Assembly: GCA_046597065.1 (NCBI GenBank)
Contig: JBKJLI010000002.1
Location: forward strand, 180,071 to 244,070
Length of the DNA: 64,000 nucleotides
From: Candidatus Saccharimonadia bacterium
GTDB taxonomy: Bacteria > Patescibacteriota > Saccharimonadia > UBA4664 > SCTI01
Direction: 5' to 3'
A program made the translations under genes and the position numbers. Below are positions 19,642-29,715 of the stretch, in pieces (the stretch's first letter is position 1; each line of letters begins with the position of its first letter). The notes below the pieces were generated by a model. The model saw nothing but the letters and a program-made list of their open reading frames with translations, searched no databases and was not told where the DNA came from.

Positions 19642-20868
19642 ATGAGCTTGTTTGATCAAACCCGCCGGCCTCTTGCCGACCGTATGCGCCCCCGGTCGCT
19701 TGATATGGTGGTGGGCCAGGATCACCTGGTCGGGCCGGGCCAGTTTATACGTGGACTGATCGAATCCAGAGAGCCGGTATCTATTATCCTTTGGGGTCCA
19801 CCAGGTAGTGGTAAAACCACCTTAGCGCGCATTATTGCTACCAGCGGCGACCATGCTTTCGAAGAGCTTTCGGCAGTCACCTCGGGTCTGCCAGAAGTAC
19901 GTAAGGTTATTGATGCAGCTAAGCAGCGGCGAGATCTTGGTCAAACTACCGTCTTATTTGTCGATGAAATCCATCGATTTAATAAGGCACAGCAAGACGC
20001 TTTTTTACCGCATGTAGAAAACGGCACTATTATTTTATTAGGCGCTACTACAGAGAACCCATCATTTGAGGTTATTTCTCCTTTGCTCTCAAGAAGTCGG
20101 GTTGTTACATTAAACGCACTTGCCCCAAAACAGCTAGAAGGTCTAATCGACCGTGCTCTGCCGCAGATTGGTAAGGTCTCAATCGAACCAAGCGCTCGTA
20201 AACTGTTAGCCGAGTTAGCGGCCGGAGATGCTCGGGTGGCACTAGGAGGCCTAGAAGCTGCTGCCCGCATGGGGCCAAAGATCACGGCAACCGCTGTGAA
20301 GCAAGCCATGCAAAAGACCAGTTTGCGTTACGATAAAGGTGGCGAATACCATTTCAACTTAATATCGGCCTTTATTAAGTCACTTCGTGGCGGCGCAGTT
20401 GACGCAGCGCTATTTTATTTAGCCCGAATGCTTGATGCCGGTGAAGACCCTAAGTTTATTGCTCGTCGCTTAGTGATATTTGCGGCCGAAGATATAGGCT
20501 TAGCTGACACAAGCTTACTAACTCTTTCCACCAGTACATTTATGGCAATTGAGCGCATTGGGATGCCAGAGGGGCGGATTATTCTTTCTGAGGCTACCAT
20601 AGCCTTAGCAACCGCTCCCAAAAACCGAGATGCTTACGATGCAATTTCGGCTGCCGGCCAAGCGGTTAAGCAATATCCTGCGGCCGAACCACCTTTGCAT
20701 TTGCGCAATGCTCCTACCGGCTTAATGAAAGAGCTAGGGTACGGCAAGGGCACCAAGTGGAAGCCTGGTTTTGAGCACCCAGATGGATTTATGCCAGAAG
20801 GCATGGAAGACGTTAAACTGTATCGTCCCAAAAATTACGATGATCAATCCAATGCTAGTAAAGCGTAA
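19642..20868 (+). CDS. rarA: replication-associated recombination protein A (AAA+ ATPase)
   Basis: Walker A GPPGSGKTT, RarA/MgsA C-terminal domains; 408 aa. Confidence 0.9.
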   Translation: MSLFDQTRRPLADRMRPRSLDMVVGQDHLVGPGQFIRGLIESREPVSIILWGPPGSGKTTLARIIATSGDHAFEELSAVTSGLPEVRKVIDAAKQRRDLGQTTVLFVDEIHRFNKAQQDAFLPHVENGTIILLGATTENPSFEVISPLLSRSRVVTLNALAPKQLEGLIDRALPQIGKVSIEPSARKLLAELAAGDARVALGGLEAAARMGPKITATAVKQAMQKTSLRYDKGGEYHFNLISAFIKSLRGGAVDAALFYLARMLDAGEDPKFIARRLVIFAAEDIGLADTSLLTLSTSTFMAIERIGMPEGRIILSEATIALATAPKNRDAYDAISAAGQAVKQYPAAEPPLHLRNAPTGLMKELGYGKGTKWKPGFEHPDGFMPEGMEDVKLYRPKNYDDQSNASKA

Positions 20869-20891
20869 GCATAATAGGTTAAACTATAGGC

Positions 20892-21137
20892 ATGGCATCA
20901 TCAACCAATCAAACCGAGTATGACAGCGTATATTTTTTAAAAATTCTGCTTTTTTTAGTACTATCGAGTACCTGGGTTGCCTTTAACGGGCATAAATATT
21001 TACCGGCAGGCTTAATTGCTGGCTTAATATTGGTACAACGGGAACGATTTCAGATAGATCGCAAGATAGAATACGCAATCATGCTAATTGGCGCGGTATT
21101 GGGGCTAGTAGGCATTGGAGTAACTTTTAGCTTTTAG
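20892..21137 (+). CDS. small 2-TM membrane protein, hypothetical
   Basis: 81-aa ORF with two hydrophobic helices. Confidence 0.35.
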   Translation: MASSTNQTEYDSVYFLKILLFLVLSSTWVAFNGHKYLPAGLIAGLILVQRERFQIDRKIEYAIMLIGAVLGLVGIGVTFSF

Positions 21138-21147
21138 TCCCAATCTG

Positions 21148-21177
21148 TTGACACGCCTCGGTTATTCCTGATATAGT
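21148..21177 (+). promoter_or_regulatory. sigma70-like promoter (TTGACA-18-TATAGT) re-starting the S10/spc cluster at rplC; ~120-nt leader
   Basis: Consensus -35, good -10. Confidence 0.45.
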
Positions 21178-21297
21178 TACCCGGTAACTTTTGGCAGTTT
21201 ATATAGCCAGCAAACTAGGAGTTGTACAGGTCTCCCGGCTCGCGCCCTCGGAGAAACCGGACGGAACCTAGAATTATTTTTTGTTTAGGGAGCGTAC

Positions 21298-21921
21298 GTG
21301 AAAGCCTTACTTGGCCGAAAACTTGGAATGACACAGCTGTTCGATGAGAACGGTAATGTTTCGCGTGTCACCATTTTAGAGGCTGGCCCTTGTGTTATCA
21401 CGCAGGTTAAAACCGAGGTTAACGATGGTTATGAAGCGGTCCAGATAGGCTTTGGTGCCGCTAAGAACCCGGCTAAGCCACAGGTTGGACACTCTAGCAT
21501 TGATGGCGTAACCCCAAAGCTTTTGCGCGAACTACGAACCGAAGCGGTTGCGGCCGATGATGATTCGGCCATGAAGGTCGGCGATAAGCTAGATGTCTCA
21601 AATTTTGAGGTTGGCGATAAGATACAGGTATCAGGGATAAGTAAGGGCAAGGGCTTTGCCGGTACGGTTAAGCGCCATAACTTTAATACCGGCCCCAAAA
21701 CTCATGGATCTCACAACTACCGCCAACCTGGTTCAATTGGGTCAGCCTATCCACAGCACGTGTTTAAGGGCATGAAAATGGCAGGCCGAATGGGTGGCGA
21801 CAAAGTCACAGTTCGAGGTCTTAAAGTTGTACTAATCGATGCCGAAAAAAACCTATTAGCCGTCAGTGGCGCTGTGCCCGGTCCACGCAAAGGCATGGTA
21901 ATGATTCAGGGAGCCAAATAA
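21298..21921 (+). CDS. rplC: 50S ribosomal protein L3 (GTG start)
   Basis: L3 family; GGGAG SD. Confidence 0.93.
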   Translation: MKALLGRKLGMTQLFDENGNVSRVTILEAGPCVITQVKTEVNDGYEAVQIGFGAAKNPAKPQVGHSSIDGVTPKLLRELRTEAVAADDDSAMKVGDKLDVSNFEVGDKIQVSGISKGKGFAGTVKRHNFNTGPKTHGSHNYRQPGSIGSAYPQHVFKGMKMAGRMGGDKVTVRGLKVVLIDAEKNLLAVSGAVPGPRKGMVMIQGAK

Positions 21922-22559
21922 TGGCACAGGCTGTTGCTTATTCTAAAACTGGCGCCAAACAAGTGGCGGCCGTAAAGTTAAGTCCATGGGTGTTTTCCAT
22001 CGAGGCTAACCACGATTTAGTCAATCGGGCCTATACTGCATATCTAGCAAATGGACGCACCAATAACGCCAAAACACTTGAACGCGGCGAGGTGCGTGGT
22101 GGTGGTAAAAAGCCATGGAAGCAAAAAGGCACCGGCCGAGCTCGCGCTGGTGGCACGCGTATGCCCCACTGGCGCGGCGGTGGTGTGGCTTTTGGCCCTA
22201 CCGGCAAAGAAAATTTCTCCGTAGCAATGCCTTTAAAAGCTAAGCGGGTAGCTATTCGCCAAGCATTAAGCTTGCAAGCTGCTGATAAGCGTATTCTAGT
22301 GATTGACGAGTTTGTCGCTACTGAAGGTCGCGTGGCTCCTACCCTTAAGCTAATCGAAAAGATGAAGCTTGAGGGTAATATTTTGATTGTGGTAGAGCAG
22401 AAAAACGCTTTGATTGATCGAGCTACTCGGAATATTCCGGCAGTTAAAGCGGTATCAGCTAAGTACTTAAATGTTTATGAAATTATGAATGCCGACAATA
22501 TTGTCGTTACAAAGAAAGCCCTCGACGTTATTGGCGAATGGCTAGAGGCAACAGTATGA
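21921..22559 (+). CDS. rplD: 50S ribosomal protein L4
   Basis: L4 family; conserved order. Confidence 0.93.
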   Translation: MAQAVAYSKTGAKQVAAVKLSPWVFSIEANHDLVNRAYTAYLANGRTNNAKTLERGEVRGGGKKPWKQKGTGRARAGGTRMPHWRGGGVAFGPTGKENFSVAMPLKAKRVAIRQALSLQAADKRILVIDEFVATEGRVAPTLKLIEKMKLEGNILIVVEQKNALIDRATRNIPAVKAVSAKYLNVYEIMNADNIVVTKKALDVIGEWLEATV

Positions 22560-22846
22560 CCACTATGCCTCTAATCCCTCGTGTTAGCGAAAAGGCTATG
22601 GCTCTGTCTGATAAAGGCACCTATGTGTTTGAGGTGCCGATTAGTACCAATAAAATTGAGGTCACAAAGGCTGTTGAAACTGCCTTTAAGGTTAAAGTAG
22701 CCTCGGTAAACATGATGATCCATAAGGGTAAGCCAACCAGTAAACGTTACGGTAAAGGTGCAGGCCACAGAACAGATCTAAAGAAGGCTTTTGTGACTTT
22801 AAAGGCCGGTGACAAAATTGCCTTGTTTGAAGAGGGGAGCAAGTAA
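22556..22846 (+). CDS. rplW: 50S ribosomal protein L23 (start chosen at ATGA overlap; ORF track offers 22538)
   Basis: L23 family. Confidence 0.85.
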   Translation: MTTMPLIPRVSEKAMALSDKGTYVFEVPISTNKIEVTKAVETAFKVKVASVNMMIHKGKPTSKRYGKGAGHRTDLKKAFVTLKAGDKIALFEEGSK

Positions 22847-23685
22847 TGGCAGTTAGACTTTACAAGCCAACCACTCCAGCTCGGCGCGGCATGACCACGG
22901 CCGATACCTCGGCGATAACTAAAAAGAAGCCAGAAAAGTCGCTTTTGGTTGCCAAAAAGGTTGGTAGTGGTCGCAACAATCAGGGCAAGATAACTATTCG
23001 TCACCGTGGCGGCGGGGTTAAGCGCCATTATCGATTGGTTGATTTCCGTTTGATACAGGGATTTAAGGGCACCGTCACCGCGATTGAGTTTGATCCTAAC
23101 CGTAGCGCCAACATCGCGCTGGTGGAGCTTGAAGCTGGTAAAAAAGCCTACATTATTGCCGGCAGCGGGATGGGCGTGGGTCAGGTTATCGAAAGTGGCA
23201 GTGAGGTTGAGATCCGCAAGGGAAACCGGCTGCCACTTGCTAACATTCCGGTTGGTACCCAGATTTATAATATAGAGCTGGTGTTGGGCAAGGGTGGACA
23301 GATTGCCCGAAGTGCCGGATCAAAGGCCCAACTGGTTGCTAAAGAAGGTGAGTTCTGCCAGGTACGTTTGCCCAGTGGTGAGGTGCGTTTGGTAAACCAA
23401 AACTGCATGGCCACAATCGGTGTGGTCGGTAACGAAGCCCACCAAAACATTAAGTATGGTAGTGCCGGCCGCCGCCGCCGCCTAGGATGGCGCCCAGCCG
23501 TTCGCGGTAAGGCCATGAACCCGGTGGATCACCCCCATGGTGGTGGTGAGGGTGCTACTAGTACAGCGCTGCGCGTAGGTCAGAAAACCCCTTGGGGCAA
23601 GCCGGCTTTGGGCCTTAAAACTCGGCGCCGTAAATTAACCGATGCCATGATTGTACGTGGCCGTAAGAAGGCAAGGAGACGCTAA
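22846..23685 (+). CDS. rplB: 50S ribosomal protein L2
   Basis: L2 family with GGGEG motif region. Confidence 0.95.
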   Translation: MAVRLYKPTTPARRGMTTADTSAITKKKPEKSLLVAKKVGSGRNNQGKITIRHRGGGVKRHYRLVDFRLIQGFKGTVTAIEFDPNRSANIALVELEAGKKAYIIAGSGMGVGQVIESGSEVEIRKGNRLPLANIPVGTQIYNIELVLGKGGQIARSAGSKAQLVAKEGEFCQVRLPSGEVRLVNQNCMATIGVVGNEAHQNIKYGSAGRRRRLGWRPAVRGKAMNPVDHPHGGGEGATSTALRVGQKTPWGKPALGLKTRRRKLTDAMIVRGRKKARRR

Positions 23686-23686
23686 G

Positions 23687-23962
23687 ATGAGCCGTTCACT
23701 TAAAAAAGGTCCTTACACCGACGAGAAGTTGATGAAAAAGGTAGCTAATCTTGGTCCAAATGATAAAACCGTGATAAAGACATGGGCTCGTGCTAGCACC
23801 ATTACTCCAGAGATGGTGGGAATGACGATTGCGGTGCATAACGGCCGTCAACATCTGCCGGTCTTTATTAGCGAAAACATGGTTGGTCATAAACTGGGTG
23901 AGTTTTCGCCCACCCGTAAATTCCGGGGTCACGGCGGTAAACTCGCAAAGGGCAAAAAATAA
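23687..23962 (+). CDS. rpsS: 30S ribosomal protein S19 (start [10 protein letters not shown])
   Basis: S19 family; ORF-track N-terminal extension overlaps rplB and is rejected. Confidence 0.9.
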   Translation: MSRSLKKGPYTDEKLMKKVANLGPNDKTVIKTWARASTITPEMVGMTIAVHNGRQHLPVFISENMVGHKLGEFSPTRKFRGHGGKLAKGKK

Positions 23963-24405
23963 TGCAAGTTAAAGCCACAGCCAAATTTGTTGGAACTTCG
24001 TCACGAAAAATTGGCTTGGTTGCGGCGTTGATTCGTGGCCGACGCGCTCAAGATGCGGTGGTTGTTTTGCAAAACACCCCCAAGCGCGCAACCGAACCAG
24101 TTGGAAAGGTTTTAAACTCCGCCATTGCTAATGCCGAAAACAATCACAAGCTTAAGGCTAATACTTTGATGGTGGAATCTGTATTGGTTGGTCCCGGACC
24201 TAGCTTAAAACGTTTTCGACCTCGAGCCCAAGGTCGGGCCGGTACAATTTTAAAGCGTAGTAGCCACATTACCGTTGTGCTTTCAGAAGCCCCGGTTAAG
24301 CCTATTAAAGCGACAAAAACCGAAGTAGCTGCGGATCAGACTTTAGCCGAAGTGGCAAAGCCGGCCGCAACCGCGAAACCTAAGACCGTTAAGGAGGCCA
24401 AGTAA
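23962..24405 (+). CDS. rplV: 50S ribosomal protein L22 (with basic C-terminal tail)
   Basis: L22 family. Confidence 0.9.
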   Translation: MQVKATAKFVGTSSRKIGLVAALIRGRRAQDAVVVLQNTPKRATEPVGKVLNSAIANAENNHKLKANTLMVESVLVGPGPSLKRFRPRAQGRAGTILKRSSHITVVLSEAPVKPIKATKTEVAADQTLAEVAKPAATAKPKTVKEAK

Positions 24406-25031
24406 TGGGACAGAAAGTAAATCCGCGTAGCCTACGCCTCCAGCTGGATAAAGATTGGCAGTCGAAGTGGTTTGCTGATAAGGATTATGCTACTCAGTTA
24501 ATCCAAGATGTAAAGTTACGTCGAGCAACCGAAGCTAAGCTGACTCGTCGTGCCAGTGTTTCACGAATTGATATTGAGCGTTCTCCAAGCCTAATTACGG
24601 TAACCATTTATACCGCAAAACCAGGCGTAGTAATTGGACGTGGTGGAAGTGGTGCCGAAGATTTGCGCCAGATGCTCCATAAAATGACTAACAGCCCGGT
24701 TAAGGTCAGTATCGAAGAGATTAAGCGTCCCGAAACCAACGCTAAGTTGGTGGCCGAAAACATTGCCAGTCAGCTGGAACGGCGTATTTCTTTCCGTCGA
24801 GCTATGAAAATGGCCGCCGAAAACGCGGTTAAGTCGGGCGCTCTGGGAGCTAAAATACGGGTTGCCGGGCGCCTTAATGGCGCAGAAATGGGCCGCATAG
24901 AAACCGTTGCAAACGGCTCGATCCCGCTTCACACCTTGCGTGCCGACATTGATTATGGCCATGCCCAAGCCAAAACCACTTACGGCATCATCGGCGTAAA
25001 GGCCTGGGTTTATAAAGGCAACAAGTTTTAG
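24405..25031 (+). CDS. rpsC: 30S ribosomal protein S3
   Basis: S3 KH domain. Confidence 0.95.
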   Translation: MGQKVNPRSLRLQLDKDWQSKWFADKDYATQLIQDVKLRRATEAKLTRRASVSRIDIERSPSLITVTIYTAKPGVVIGRGGSGAEDLRQMLHKMTNSPVKVSIEEIKRPETNAKLVAENIASQLERRISFRRAMKMAAENAVKSGALGAKIRVAGRLNGAEMGRIETVANGSIPLHTLRADIDYGHAQAKTTYGIIGVKAWVYKGNKF

Positions 25032-25040
25032 GAAAATATT

Positions 25041-25472
25041 ATGTTATTACCAAAGAAAACTAAGTACCGTAAGCAGTTCAAGGGAAGGATCCCTAAGGGC
25101 TTAGCTACGCGTGGTACCGAAATCAGTTTTGGGCAGTTCGCACTAAAAGCCGACGGTACCGAGCGGATAACTTCACGCCAAATTGAGGCCGCCCGTCGGG
25201 CAATGACCCGTCACATTAAGCGGGGTGGAAAAATTTGGATTCGGATATTTCCTGATCTTCCGGTCACCAAAAAACCAGCCGAAGTGGCTATGGGAAGTGG
25301 TAAAGGTTCAATTGATCACTATGCTGCCCGCGTACGCCCTGGTCGGGTCATGTTCGAAATGGAGGGGGTTACGGAGGAAGTGGCTCGCGAGGCAATGCGC
25401 TTGGCTGGCCGCAAACTTCCAATTAAGACCAAGTTTGTCATCCGTCACACTCCTGGTGAGGTGACAGAATGA
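25041..25472 (+). CDS. rplP: 50S ribosomal protein L16
   Basis: L16 family. Confidence 0.95.
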   Translation: MLLPKKTKYRKQFKGRIPKGLATRGTEISFGQFALKADGTERITSRQIEAARRAMTRHIKRGGKIWIRIFPDLPVTKKPAEVAMGSGKGSIDHYAARVRPGRVMFEMEGVTEEVAREAMRLAGRKLPIKTKFVIRHTPGEVTE

Positions 25473-25690
25473 AGTTAGCCGATATCAACACTAAGAACGA
25501 AAAAGAGCTAGACACAGCTTTAAACGAAGCTCGCCAGCAGTTGGCTCAGGCACGTGTTGATATGCGTACCAAGCAAGTCAAGAATGTTAAAGCAATTAAG
25601 GCGCTGCGACTCGATGTTGCCCGGATCTTAACCATCCAGAACCGTCGACAAGAAGCCGCCGCCGTCCAAAAGGAGGACAACCATGGCTAG
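25469..25690 (+). CDS. rpmC: 50S ribosomal protein L29
   Basis: L29 family, position. Confidence 0.85.
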   Translation: MKLADINTKNEKELDTALNEARQQLAQARVDMRTKQVKNVKAIKALRLDVARILTIQNRRQEAAAVQKEDNHG

Positions 25691-25934
25691 AACACTACGA
25701 GGCACCGTGTCCTCCAATAAAATGGACAAAACCGTCGTCGTCACCGTCGAACGAGTAAAAGAACACCCAATTTATCGCAAAAAGTATAAGGTTACAACCA
25801 AGTTTAAAGCCCACGATGCCGATAACGCATGTCAAATGGGTGACCTGGTTGAAATAACTGAAAGCCGCCCGATTAGTCGCGACAAGCATTGGATTGTTAG
25901 CCAGCGAATTGAAATTAAGGAGCCGGTAGCATGA
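25683..25934 (+). CDS. rpsQ: 30S ribosomal protein S17
   Basis: S17 family. Confidence 0.9.
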   Translation: MARTLRGTVSSNKMDKTVVVTVERVKEHPIYRKKYKVTTKFKAHDADNACQMGDLVEITESRPISRDKHWIVSQRIEIKEPVA

Positions 25935-26299
25935 TTCAAGCTGAAAGCCGTTTAAAAGTAGCCGACAATAGTGGTGCTCGCGAGGTCCTTTGTATCAAGG
26001 TGCTTGGAGGTTCGCGTCGCCGTTATGCCCGCGTAGGCGATGTAATTACTGCCAGCGTTAAGATTGCGGCTCCCAATGGAAACGTTAAGAAAAAAGAGGT
26101 AATCCAAGCCGTAGTAGTCCGAACCGCCCAGGCTACCCGTCGCGCAGACGGATCGCAAATTCGTTTTGATGATAACGCCGTAGTTGTAATTGATAAAAAC
26201 AAGCAGCCACGAGCTACGCGCGTGTTTGGCCCAATTGCTCGTGAACTTCGCGAAGCTGGTTACATGAAGATTATTTCACTCGCTCCGGAGGTGCTGTAA
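25931..26299 (+). CDS. rplN: 50S ribosomal protein L14
   Basis: L14 family. Confidence 0.95.
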   Translation: MIQAESRLKVADNSGAREVLCIKVLGGSRRRYARVGDVITASVKIAAPNGNVKKKEVIQAVVVRTAQATRRADGSQIRFDDNAVVVIDKNKQPRATRVFGPIARELREAGYMKIISLAPEVL

Positions 26300-26619
26300 T
26301 GAGACTACGCAAAGGAGACGAGGTTGTAGTGATCGCTGGCCGTGATAAGGGTAAGACTGGGACTATAAGCCGTGTAATGCCCAAAGACAACAAGGTTGTA
26401 GCTGAGGGTTTAAACGTGGCTAAACGCCACACTAAGCCATCTGATAAACACCCTCGCGGCGGCATATTAGAGCTAAATCGACCAATTGATGTATCTAAAG
26501 TGATGGTTGTTGATCCCGTGACCAAACAACCTAGCCGAATAGGCACCCGTATAAATAAAGATGGCACAAAGGAACGCGAATTTAAGCCATCGCGATATCA
26601 GAAAGTAAAGAAGAGTTAA
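26299..26619 (+). CDS. rplX: 50S ribosomal protein L24
   Basis: KOW domain L24. Confidence 0.9.
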   Translation: MRLRKGDEVVVIAGRDKGKTGTISRVMPKDNKVVAEGLNVAKRHTKPSDKHPRGGILELNRPIDVSKVMVVDPVTKQPSRIGTRINKDGTKEREFKPSRYQKVKKS

Positions 26620-26621
26620 TT

Positions 26622-27167
26622 ATGAACCGTTTACGCACCAAATATCAGCAAGAGATTAAGCTACAACTGCAAAAAGAGTTGGGTTATTCAAACGTGCATC
26701 AGATACCACAAATCGAAAAAGTGGTAGTTAATGCCGGCGTTGGTCGCGCCGTTGCCGACAGCAAGCATTTAGAGACTGTGGTTCATACTTTGACCAAGAT
26801 AACCGGCCAAGCTCCGGTACAGACGGTCGCCAAAAATTCGATTGCCGGTTTTAAGCTACGTGATGGCAATAAAATTGGAGTCATGGTGACTCTGCGCGGA
26901 GAACGCATGTATGAGTTTCTTGACCGCCTGGTTTCAATCGTACTTCCTCGTATCCGCGACTTTCGGGGAATATCGGTAACCGCTTTTGACGCCAAGGGTA
27001 ACTACAGCATTGGTGTTCGTGAACAATCAATTTTTCCGGAAATTACTTACGAAGAATCGGCAAATGCCCATGGGCTACAAATAAACATCGTGACATCGGC
27101 CAAAACCCCAGCCGAGAGCCAGCGAATGTTACAACTAATGGGGTTCCCGTTTAGGAGGAAAAGCTAA
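26622..27167 (+). CDS. rplE: 50S ribosomal protein L5
   Basis: L5 family. Confidence 0.95.
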   Translation: MNRLRTKYQQEIKLQLQKELGYSNVHQIPQIEKVVVNAGVGRAVADSKHLETVVHTLTKITGQAPVQTVAKNSIAGFKLRDGNKIGVMVTLRGERMYEFLDRLVSIVLPRIRDFRGISVTAFDAKGNYSIGVREQSIFPEITYEESANAHGLQINIVTSAKTPAESQRMLQLMGFPFRRKS

Positions 27168-27352
27168 TGGCGCGCACCGCTTTAATCGTTAGAGCCAACC
27201 AAAAGCCCAAGTATTCGACTCGGGCCGTTAACCGCTGCAAACTTTGCGGCCGCCCTCGTGGATACATTCGCAAGTTCGGCATGTGCCGTATTTGTTTCAG
27301 AGAACATGCTAGTCGTGGTCAGGTACCGGGCGTAACGAAAGCTAGTTGGTAG
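27167..27352 (+). CDS. rpsN: 30S ribosomal protein S14, zinc-binding type Z (61 aa)
   Basis: CKLCGRP...CRIC zinc ribbon. Confidence 0.9.
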   Translation: MARTALIVRANQKPKYSTRAVNRCKLCGRPRGYIRKFGMCRICFREHASRGQVPGVTKASW

Positions 27353-27361
27353 GAGAAAATC

Positions 27362-27751
27362 ATGAACGATCCAATCGCTGATATGTTAACCAGAATCCGT
27401 AATGCCGTGGCTGCCTCGCGCCGCCAGGTGGTGTTGCCGCACTCCAAAATTAAGGAGTCAATCGCCCAAATACTTAAAGACAATGGCTTTATTGCCAGTT
27501 TCCAGGTAGATACCAGTAGCCAGTTTGCCAATATTGTCATCGAGATTCACGCCGAAGATAAAGATGCCACTATCACTAACTTGCAACGCGTTTCTAAGCC
27601 GGGCCGCCGGGTCTACGCTGCCAAACAAGAGATTCCATTAATCTTAGGTGGACGTGGAATGGTAATTCTTTCGACTTCTAACGGTTTGATGACCGGCCGT
27701 GATGCCCGCCAAAAGGGTTTGGGCGGCGAACTATTAATGAAGGTATGGTAA
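27362..27751 (+). CDS. rpsH: 30S ribosomal protein S8
   Basis: S8 family. Confidence 0.95.
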   Translation: MNDPIADMLTRIRNAVAASRRQVVLPHSKIKESIAQILKDNGFIASFQVDTSSQFANIVIEIHAEDKDATITNLQRVSKPGRRVYAAKQEIPLILGGRGMVILSTSNGLMTGRDARQKGLGGELLMKVW

Positions 27752-27752
27752 G

Positions 27753-28289
27753 ATGAGTCGAATCGGACGCCAACCAATAACTGTACCTACCGGGGTTAGC
27801 GTGGAGCTTACCGGTGACACCGTTAAGGCTACCGGCCCCAAAGGGAGCTTAGAAGTTAGGCTTTTGCCAGGCCTCAAAATGGAGCAAACTGATTCTGTAA
27901 TCCAGATCATTCGCGCCGACGATAATGCCGAAACTCAGCGCACTTTTGGATTAATGCGCACCTTGATTAACAACATTGTTCAAGGAGTGCATAGCGGATA
28001 TGAACGCAAGTTAGAAATAAACGGCGTTGGTTATCGTGCGAATGTTGCCGGGCGAGTTGTTAACTTTGCCCTAGGCTACTCGCATCCAATCGAGTTTGCA
28101 CTCCCAGAAGGTATCGAAGCCAAGGTCGAAAAAAACATCATCACCATTAGTGGCGCTGATAAACAGCAAGTAGGCCAAGTCGCTGCAAATATCCGATCCC
28201 TACGCAAACCGGAGCCTTACAAAGGTAAGGGCATTAAATATATTGAAGAGCGTATCCGCCGCAAAGCCGGTAAGACCGCCGCCAAATAA
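27753..28289 (+). CDS. rplF: 50S ribosomal protein L6
   Basis: L6 family. Confidence 0.95.
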   Translation: MSRIGRQPITVPTGVSVELTGDTVKATGPKGSLEVRLLPGLKMEQTDSVIQIIRADDNAETQRTFGLMRTLINNIVQGVHSGYERKLEINGVGYRANVAGRVVNFALGYSHPIEFALPEGIEAKVEKNIITISGADKQQVGQVAANIRSLRKPEPYKGKGIKYIEERIRRKAGKTAAK

Positions 28290-28298
28290 GAGAATATT

Positions 28299-28649
28299 AT
28301 GAGTACCAACAAACTTACAGCTAAAGATCAAAGCCGGCGACGTACGCGGGCAAAAGTTATCGGCACTACCGAGCGCCCAAGATTAAGTGTGTTCGTTAGT
28401 AACCGTCACATTACCGCCCAAATCATCGATGACACCAAGGGCAAAACCCTTTCGTTTGTAACCACCGTTAAAAGTAGTGAAACTAAGGGAGCATTAACCG
28501 AGCGCGCTGCCTGGGTAGGTGAGCAAATTGCTGCTAGCGCCACCAAGCAAAAAATTAAAAAAGTGGTATTTGATCGCGGCACCCGTATTTACCACACTCG
28601 GTTGAATGCTTTAGCCGAAGCTGCTCGTAAGAAAGGACTGGAGTTTTAA
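28299..28649 (+). CDS. rplR: 50S ribosomal protein L18
   Basis: L18 family. Confidence 0.9.
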   Translation: MSTNKLTAKDQSRRRTRAKVIGTTERPRLSVFVSNRHITAQIIDDTKGKTLSFVTTVKSSETKGALTERAAWVGEQIAASATKQKIKKVVFDRGTRIYHTRLNALAEAARKKGLEF

Positions 28650-29221
28650 TGGCAATCCAACCACAACCAAAAGAGTTTGAAGAGAAGGTCATTTCGATTG
28701 ATCGTGTTGCTCGTGTTGTAAAGGGTGGTCGAAGGTTCCGATTTCGTGCCACCGTGGTAATCGGTGATGGCAAAGGCCGTGTTGGTCTGGGAATTGGTAA
28801 GGGGGGCGAGGTCATAACTTCAATTGCTAAAGCAGTTGCCAGAGCTCGACGTAACCTAATTTCTATACCATTAAAAAATGGCACCATACCACATGAAGTT
28901 ACTATTAAATTTTCTGGCGCTCACGTCATGCTTAAGCCCGCTTCACCAGGTACAGGTGTAATTGCCGGCGGGGCAGTCCGTAATGTGGTAGAAGTGGCCG
29001 GTATCCACGATTTGTTAACGAAATCACTTGGCTCAAGTAACAAGATCAACAATGCATACGCTACTATTTTGGCGTTATCACAAGTTAAACCGATTAGTGA
29101 TAGCCCGATTGCACGAGTGCGACCCAGCGGGAAGGTAACCGATAAGTCTGCTACAGCTGCAAAAGCCGAGCCTAAGACCGATGTTGATTCGAAAGCTAAA
29201 AAAGTAACGGCAAAGGCTTAA
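28649..29221 (+). CDS. rpsE: 30S ribosomal protein S5 (with ~40-aa Lys/Ala-rich C-terminal extension)
   Basis: S5 dsRBD and C-terminal domain; followed directly by rplO, no L30 gene. Confidence 0.95.
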   Translation: MAIQPQPKEFEEKVISIDRVARVVKGGRRFRFRATVVIGDGKGRVGLGIGKGGEVITSIAKAVARARRNLISIPLKNGTIPHEVTIKFSGAHVMLKPASPGTGVIAGGAVRNVVEVAGIHDLLTKSLGSSNKINNAYATILALSQVKPISDSPIARVRPSGKVTDKSATAAKAEPKTDVDSKAKKVTAKA

Positions 29222-29223
29222 AC

Positions 29224-29706
29224 ATGAAGATTCATGAACTAAAATTAGAAACTAAACAAAACCGTAAACGCCTTGGGCGTGGTATTGGATCTGGCACGGG
29301 TAAAACCTCTGGTCGTGGTACCAAGGGTCAAAACTCGCGCAGTGGTGGTGGAGTTCGGCCCGGTTTTGAGGGCGGCCAAAACCCATTAGCTAAACGTTTA
29401 CCCAAGTTGCGTGGATTTCGTGCCCTTAACCCAACTAACTATGTTGGGCTAACTCTTGGTCGACTTGAGCAACTCAAAGGCGCGACTGTAACTAACCAGA
29501 GCTTGGTAGAGCAGGGAATCATACGATCTGAGCACACAGCTGTTAAAATTTTAGCCAGTGGCACGCTTACTAAAAAACTGACCATAAAACTACAGGCAGC
29601 CACCGCTGGTGCCCAAACAGCTATCACCAAAGCCGGAGGTAGCTTTACCACAACACCGGTTAAGAAAAGCCCTAAAAAACCATCCAAACGTAACCGAAAG
29701 GTCTAG
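29224..29706 (+). CDS. rplO: 50S ribosomal protein L15
   Basis: L15 family Gly/Arg-rich N-terminus. Confidence 0.93.
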   Translation: MKIHELKLETKQNRKRLGRGIGSGTGKTSGRGTKGQNSRSGGGVRPGFEGGQNPLAKRLPKLRGFRALNPTNYVGLTLGRLEQLKGATVTNQSLVEQGIIRSEHTAVKILASGTLTKKLTIKLQAATAGAQTAITKAGGSFTTTPVKKSPKKPSKRNRKV

Positions 29707-29715
29707 ACCTCCCGC

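Noticed and set aside
21178-21297. Terminator-like attenuator in the rplC (S10-type) leader
   Set aside because: A U-run (ATTATTTTTTGTTT) is present but I could not find a convincing preceding hairpin. Left as an unstructured leader.
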